DNA from: Eledone cirrhosa
Lineage: Eukaryota
DNA: 64,000 nucleotides
Direction: 5' to 3'
Assembly: GCA_964016885.1 (NCBI GenBank)
Contig: OZ024743.1
Coordinates: 376,898,001 to 376,962,000, forward strand
Shown: piece after piece, positions 55,848-64,000 of the stretch
Numbering within the stretch: position 1 is the stretch's first letter
Layout of the letters: each line of letters begins with the position of its first letter
Notes under the pieces: model-generated
Seen by the model: the letters and a program-made list of their open reading frames with translations, nothing else
Told to the model about the DNA's origin: nothing
Databases searched by the model: none
Translations under genes and position numbers: made by a program

Positions 55848-55916
<69 letters not shown>

Positions 55917-56109
55917 CGGTTTCTAACATAAAAACAAGACACTTTCATTGGAATTTTGATAACATCAACTAGGTAGATATGTATGTCTGTATGTGCTTGT
56001 GTGTGGGGGCAGGTAAAGGTGTTATTGCATGTGTGGATCTATATGTTTTGAGTTTTATATGTACACGTGTATATGTTTCTGTATGTATACATGTGTATAT
56101 GCAATTATT

Positions 56110-57222
56110 ACTTGCTGAATTTTTGAAATGTCTTCCATTAATGAACTGTATTTGCAACTTCCTAACAAAACTGTGCCCTTTCTGGATCTGTGAAGCCCAG
56201 CTTCTCAAGAGTTTTACTAAGGTAGTTAGTAACATATCGCAGAACCCCAATGATCACAGCTACAAATCTAAAGATATAGACAGGGTGGAGTATCTGCTAA
56301 TCCCTCATTAATTCAACACAAATGTTCTCCTTTTCACTAATCTTCAGCATTATATTCACATCCGATGCAGGTTCAAACTTTTCGGGATTTAACATCAATG
56401 GTTCGGATCTCATCTAGCGTCCAGTCAAGTAGTCCAAATATCAGCACTGGCATAGCAAGCACATTTTGCGCAGAGAGTTCAGAAGACCATATTTTTCTTA
56501 TTCTGATGTTATATTCCCTGGTTATTCTTTCCTTGTTCCAAATTCCATCATAAAATATATTTTCATTTATCCCTAAGTATCTATAGCAGTCTATGTCAGA
56601 TATCGATGAAACAGTCCCGCCATTGATAGAAATGTCGCTAGATTGGCTTGTAGATTTCCCTTGCTTTACAATCATATATAATCATTTATCCTGGCCAAAC
56701 TTCATTCCTGTATTTTTCGAGAACGTCGTAACCAGGTCAACATTTTTTTTATCCTATTTATATTCTTGGCATAGAGTTTCAGGCTATGTGTTAATTTTAT
56801 GTTTCTGGCTTCATGTGAACCAATTATATATCCTTCATATGTCCTCAACATAAAGGACAAGCAGTTTACTGACAGTATAAATAGCATCACTGATTTACTG
56901 TTTTCTTGAAATATACCCTTGCTATATTCTATTTCATTAGTGACAGTATAGTCATCCTTCTCTGTATTTAAACTTCAAAAGAGTGACCCAGGAACAAGAT
57001 AGGTTCCCCTTAGCTTTGATAATGGTATCTGGGATTTTGGCAAGTGGAAGGGCCTCTAGCATATAAGAGTGGGGAACAATATAGAATGCTTTCCTGTAGT
57101 TCAGCCAGACTATAAACAAGTTCCGTCTTTGTCGCCGCATCTTTGACATCGCGGTTTTGTTAATTAGGAATTGCTCAACACATCTCCCAACTCCTTTTTT
57201 CCTAGCTTTTTCATCTGTGATG
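56110..57222 (-). pseudogene. Old, frameshifted R4/Dong RT fragment
   Basis: CVEQFLINK..WLNYRKAFYIVPHSY and YRYLG..RIRKIWSSELSAQN..WTLDEIRTIDVK motifs in broken frames. Confidence 0.8.
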
Positions 57223-57228
57223 ATATTA

Positions 57229-57410
57229 TTATGGTGGATTGGCAGTATCGGTAGAGGGTCGGACGCCATGCTTTGCAGCAAAGAGTTACGGTCCTTTATG
57301 GTCTGAGTTCAAATCTCGCCTTTCATTCTTACGGGGTCGATAAAATAAAGTACCAGTAATACACTGGGATAATTGCTGGCCTTGTGCCAAAAGTAGAAAC
57401 AATTATTATT
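57229..57410 (+). mobile_element. SINE copy with an internal deletion, flanked by TATTAT-like repeats
   Basis: Near-identical to the 50415-50610 copy. Confidence 0.9.
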
Positions 57411-57815
57411 GTCGCAGTGATCCTGGAGGACAAAAGGAATTTATCCGTTAATGCTTAGTATTTGGCCATCTTCGGTTCTTCTACGTTGTGGGTGGCAGCA
57501 CCAGGATCCATAAACGAATTGGTAAGGATGGCGTCGAAGAAAATATCCCTGACGAGGGATCTAACTCACTCAAGCAGAAAAAAGGGTTACCCCACCCGGA
57601 TGGCTAAATCTCCGATTTTTATGTTTGATAATTGGATAATTTGAAAAACTCTAATTATCTAAGATAAATCTTATCGTATGTATAGAATAAAAAATATTGG
57701 TGTTTGTTTCTATGTATTTCTCAGTGTATGTGTGACTGTGTATATCTCCGTGTGTAAGAATGTGAGACTGTGAGACAGAAAAAGATAAATATAAATGTGT
57801 GTGTGTGTGTGTGCG

Positions 57816-57856
<41 letters not shown>

Positions 57857-58028
57857 GGGGGAGGGAGAAGTGGTAACACAACAGTTAGTTTACCATACCG
57901 AGAACAATTGTTTCACCTTAGCGGATCCTCAGCTCGTGATGGTCACGGTTATACGGAATAGGAAGGACAACCGTATGAAAGCGCATGCGCAGAAACGGTC
58001 ACACATATGCGTACATATATATATGTAT

Positions 58029-58092
<64 letters not shown>

Positions 58093-58768
58093 ATGTGTAT
58101 ATATATATATATATATATAATGTTAGTGTCACTTCCACTGTTATCCTATAAACCAATAGAGAATGAAAGAATGAAATGTGTTAAGAAAACTAATCATTAT
58201 TAACAAATTATTTATCTATATGTATCGATCTGATCTGAATAATTAAAGCAATAGAAAATTAGTAGATTAGAAGATAAGTGATCAACTTCGGTTTTGTTTA
58301 ATTTTTACCTATGAATAACAATGGATTTATAAACCAGAATGGATATGGCTTAACCGAGCTGGTAAAGACCCTTGTTTTACAATCACGAGTATCCGGGTTC
58401 TATCCTACTTAGGGTCGACCTAAACCTACTGACTGAAATTGGGTAGACAGAGAAACTATATGGAAGGCCGTTAGAGGAACTGCATTTGTATGTAATTGAA
58501 GGAGTGAATTGTGTCACATTCAGTGTTACGCTGGTTTCTCTGAATATTTCGTTAGGGGGACATGTGAGTAATTCTCACCCACTTATATATTATGATACAA
58601 GTGGGCCTTCATCATAGACACACACGCGTATATGTCAGCGTGTGTGTGTGTGTGTATGTGTGTGTGTATACACACACACACATATATATACATTCAAACA
58701 TACACACACTCGCACGCAAGCACATACATTTTAAACGTATACATACACACATGCATGTATATATATAC

Positions 58769-58810
<42 letters not shown>

Positions 58811-58875
58811 ATGTATATTCGTATGTATGCATGCATATTGTATATACACATATATATAAATATATATATGTATTG

Positions 58876-58944
<69 letters not shown>

Positions 58945-59001
58945 TCGTATGTATGCATGCATATTGTATATACACATATATATAAATATATATATGTATT
59001 G

Positions 59002-59106
<105 letters not shown>

Positions 59107-59851
59107 TTTATATGCGTGTGTGTGTATACACACACAAACACATCTATGGTTGTGTGTACCGACATACACGTCTCTGTACGTTTCAATATTTATATGCCCC
59201 TCTGTTTGTTTCTATAGGTCTCTTTCTTGCAATTAATCTTGTACATAAAAATGAAATAGTATTTTTATTTACTATGAAAGTATTAAGCTTAATAATAGAA
59301 CTACAAAGTTTATGAAGTCATGAATGCTGAATAAAAGCCGTCTATAACAGACTCCGAAAGCGATTGTTGAGAAGACTGTAGTCTTGGCTATTAACACCTG
59401 GTAACAAAGTTTGTCGGCTGGCTGCTAGCAAAACCAATAGGCTTTAGCAACAACAAGTCGCTCGATTCTGGTTATTAATTGTGCTCCGAGTTCTTTTGTT
59501 AATGGGCGCATTTCCTTGGCAATGTGCCGAGTAGAGAGAGGGTGAAGAATTAGAACTAAATGTTTTTCATTGTACTGCAGATTCATTAGCGTGTTCTGAT
59601 ATTTGAACAGCATTGCTTGCAGTGATGAGAGAGGATAGGGAACAAAAGAAATGCTTTGATCTCGTATACACAAGGGTGATCTCAATGAAATGGGACTTAG
59701 CCACTGAAGAGAGAGAGAGAAAGAGTGAGAGAGGGAGAGGGGTAGATAGATAGGTAAAGAAAGAGAGGGAGAGGCAAATATACAGAGAGGGAGGACAGAG
59801 AGAGGCAGATAGACAAAGAGACTGAGAGACAGGGATAGATAGAGAGAGAGA

Positions 59852-59935
<84 letters not shown>

Positions 59936-60959
59936 CAAAGAGAAAGGTAGCGATAGAAAGAGACAGCAAGATATAGAGAGAGAGGTAGAGATATTTTTAT
60001 AAACAGCCTCCTCAATACTCCAAAGTGAATTAAGTATGAATGTTCTATTCATACGTTAATGTGATAGGTCGTATTCTAGATATGTGAGAACTTTGTAATG
60101 GCGACGTAGTTCATGTTAACAAGAAGCACAGAACAATACACATGGAAATCTAGACAAGCTATAATATCCAGCATATGTATTTTATATTTACTCACTCAGT
60201 CTATTGAAACAGAAAATATCTATATAAACAACGAAAAACTGATTGCTGAATGTTTTGCTTTAGAAGATGGTTGATTTCCGGGCCTGTTTCAATGACGATT
60301 TACAAATTACACGAATAATAGCTTTATGTGAGTGAAAAATATCTGATAAACCAATGAGTTGTACAAAAAAAGCGAGCGCGAAAAAGAGAGGATGGTATAT
60401 ATGTATAAATAAATATATATATATATATGGCTACTCTTTCATATATATATATATATGAAAGAATATCTATATATATATATATATGAAAGAATATCCAGTT
60501 CTGATAGGATGTCTCACAAATGGGTAATGGATTAAGTTCCTTATTTATATTTGCATTGTTAATTATTTTCATCGTTTTTACGTCCGTTTTTTTTTCATGA
60601 TGGCATGGGTCGGACGAATCCCTGGGAGGTTTCAGTAGAATATAAGTACTTTCTTTTTCTATGCATGGAGGTAGCTAGCCCCTTGTTGAACTTTTCTCTA
60701 TTTGTGGTGAAAGGGACGCCGTTAATGAGCTTCCGCGATCGTTTTCACGGCACAACGTATATGATTCAACGACAGAGATATAAAAAGATAGACTGAGATA
60801 GGACAGAGAGAGAGGGGGAAGACATAGAGAGAGAGAGAGACAGACAGACAGGCATACAGACAGAAATAGAGACAGGGATAGGCTAACATACAGACAATCA
60901 GTCAGACGGACAGACATATAACCAGGGAGACAGACCTACAGTACTTCTAGCAACCACGA

Positions 60960-61055
60960 AATTATGAAAAGCAAAGTTGACCTCCGCGGGATTTGAACTC
61001 AGAATGCAGAGAGTTGGAACGCACTCTAAACGACGTTTTGACAATTCTATCAATT
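60960..61055 (-). mobile_element. Degenerate SINE head/core
   Basis: ATGAAAAGCAAAGTTGACCTC..GGATTTGAACTCAGAA. Confidence 0.7.
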
Positions 61056-61420
61056 CACTATTTTATAGGTGAAGTTAGATGACGTTAAATTACATTAAAT
61101 GAGGTTATGTACAGTTAAATGACGTTATATGTAGTTAGAATATGTTACCGCATCAAAGAACTACTAGAACTAATTTCGGTTCCGTTTATTTGGGTTGAAC
61201 TCAAACCAAAAGCAAAGAAATCTTCTGACCAAACCTTCTCTGACTATTGACCAAATCTGGGCGGAAATATTGAAAATTAGAAGACTACTTGCTTCCTTGA
61301 AAACAAAAAAGCTCTGGCTACGATGACTGTATATATATATATATATATATATAGGGAGAGAGAGAGAGAGATTACATATATATATATATATTTATGTCTA
61401 CATACATAAATATGTATGAG

Positions 61421-61548
<128 letters not shown>

Positions 61549-62968
61549 CACACACACACAAAGATATTGATATATTACATGTGTGGAAGGTCACACCACT
61601 CATGACCAGTTTAATTTCCAATATAACGGTTGAGGTTAACTTTGAGTTATTTGCTTGCTTTAACACGATTATTTGACCTTTGTGGGTGTATACTTAATGA
61701 TGAAATGTCAGCGAACCAATGTATTTCACATCCGAATTACTTATAGAATAATATCCCTAGGTAGCAACTAGCAGGTCTTTGGAATTAGTTTGGTTCCAAT
61801 TTATTCCATGCTTATTTTCCCGGTCCACCAATCTATATTAAGGGCATCATGTTCATGGCAGTTGCTGTCTCCATTAAATCGCCATTTTTTTAAACACATC
61901 TCTCCTTCTCCCCTCATTCTTAATCTCGCATCGAGAATTTCCTTCACCTTGGTGACACATCTATGCAAATATCTTAATAATCCTCCAGGTGTCCATTCTT
62001 AAATACGTTTCGTTTAACCGATAGAGGAAGGTATGCAATTTTATGGAAGTAATAAAGAAGCGAGTTGGGAGTCCTCTTTCAAAAGCAATATTAGACTGGA
62101 CGTAAATTGGCCATCAACACAAGTAGTGGCCACTAAGTTTAACAAGATCAGTCAAGCGGGAAAATAAATAAACTATATGGTCAAATGAAAACGTTATGTT
62201 TATTCACGAGATCTCGTCGAAATAATAAAGTATCCTGTACCATATCAACAACAGTTAAATATTTGGGGAAAGGAAGAGAAAATGAAAGAGAGAGCGAGAG
62301 AGGGGAGTAAGAAACAGAGGGTGAATGAGAGAGAGGGAGTGAGAGAGAGAGACAATTTGAGACAGTGTGACAGAGATAGAGAGGGAATGAAACAAGGCGA
62401 TGTAATAGAGAAAAGTGGGTGAGAAATATTTAGTCTTGAAGCGAAGTCAAATTGACATGAAACACTCGTTATTATTTTTTTCCGTTTTTATTTCATGTTA
62501 TTATTGTTGTTGTTTTTAACGTATTTTGAAGATGTTAGGGGGAGACAGGAAGAATTATTTTAGTTTTATGAGTGAAACAGTTGTGCATTAATTCGAGCTG
62601 TCGAGTTTGTTGATGTAGAAGATGACTGCCGACATAATATGGCCTCCTCTCTCCTTTTATGCTCTTTTTCGTTGAACGATGATATTTCTAGTTAAATCGA
62701 TTCTTTTGTCTATAAAACTGGCTAAAATGCTATAATCCATTTGGTCGATTGACGCCGATGACACTTCATTATAACTTTACGGAACTACTTCAAATTGACT
62801 TGTTAAAGTCGGCTGCCTTCAACTGACATTCCATATTTTATGCTTCGTCTTCAATATTGATATGTAGTTTCCAACGAAATATTATTGCTCCGCGTTTTCC
62901 TCAAATATTCAATCAAAAATATATCAATTTTTTGTGTATATATATGTATATATATATATGTGTGTGTG

Positions 62969-63024
<56 letters not shown>

Positions 63025-63084
63025 AACGAGTAGGACCCCGACGGCTGAGCTCAAGCCGTTTCGACGGCTAATTCTGGACTACAT

Positions 63085-63164
<80 letters not shown>

Positions 63165-63204
63165 AGTATAAATATATACATTTTTATGTATATATATATT
63201 TATG

Positions 63205-63274
<70 letters not shown>

Positions 63275-63290
63275 ATTTATATGTGTGTGA

Positions 63291-63339
<49 letters not shown>

Positions 63340-64000
63340 TATATGTGTCGTCGTTTTAATGGGCAATTTTTTGACGTTACAGTTCTCTACTATTGACATT
63401 CTTCTTCTTCTTCTTCTTCTTCTTCTTCCAGAGAGGAGGGGGCGGTTCCATATGTTACTGAGACCAAATATATTGCTGTATTTTAATTAATGACACCATT
63501 AAGATGTAAAATATTTAACAATTTTCCTAGTTAATTAATTAACATATATTCTCTACAATTCCTCTATTTTCGCCTTTTATTCATTTATTTTTTTTTTTTT
63601 TCATTTATTTTACTCCCCATTTTTCGCCCTTTCGAGACTTATATCCAAAATCTAGCACGACAACCCACGACATGGTCACTCGACCAGCTAAAAATCCCAG
63701 CTATGTCTCCTTCATATCACAACGTACAATCTCATAGAAACGAAGGAAGACGGTGTAGTCCTTCATATTCCTAATGAGAGAAGATGGCCATGTATGTGGT
63801 CTCTTGGCATGGTAGAAATAACAGCGAAATCCCTCTCAAATCAGATCCTACCATTAAAGTGTATTAACTGCAGGGCACGTTGGATAATAGAGCCATAATA
63901 TACAATCTTCAAAAAAGTTTTTAAAAAGCTAGGATGATTATTGCTAAAATGTGTATCATCATAAATCTGCTTGATCAGAACTGACCTGGGGGGGGGGCTA

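Noticed and set aside
57546-57590. CTGACGAG...GAAA hammerhead-like string
   Set aside because: No closing G-C pair for stem II and no stem III or stem I partners

Overview
Eukaryotic, AT-rich, microsatellite-saturated DNA. The SINE families and repeat landscape look like an octopus/coleoid cephalopod genome (inferred, not proven). The only host coding sequence I can support is one 210-bp internal exon of dachshund (start of the DD2/DACH-box C domain, 7365-7574, +), so most of the window is probably its very large intron(s). The non-coding DNA holds a same-strand nested cluster of non-LTR retrotransposons inside trinucleotide microsatellites (12.9-23.6 kb): three truncated and one near-intact R4/Dong element plus a near-intact CR1. 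It also holds a separate R4-type element inside (CATA)n, many tRNA-type SINEs with a Deu/Nin-like core, a few MITEs and a 4.7-kb 36-bp satellite. Most notable: (i) a family of short hammerhead-ribozyme elements next to (TA)n/(TG)n arrays, with covarying stem II and fold-back inversions whose breakpoints lie at or in a hammerhead; the 45-kb copy is a twin, self-complementary ribozyme palindrome; (ii) three tandem arrays (36, 22 and 15 bp) that appear to have grown out of different segments of one SINE family; (iii) a structured, possibly pseudoknotted 5' UTR motif shared by the R4/Dong element and an RTE-like short element. Nearly all other ORFs in the track are microsatellite artefacts. Coordinates of degenerate repeats are approximate and were read by eye.
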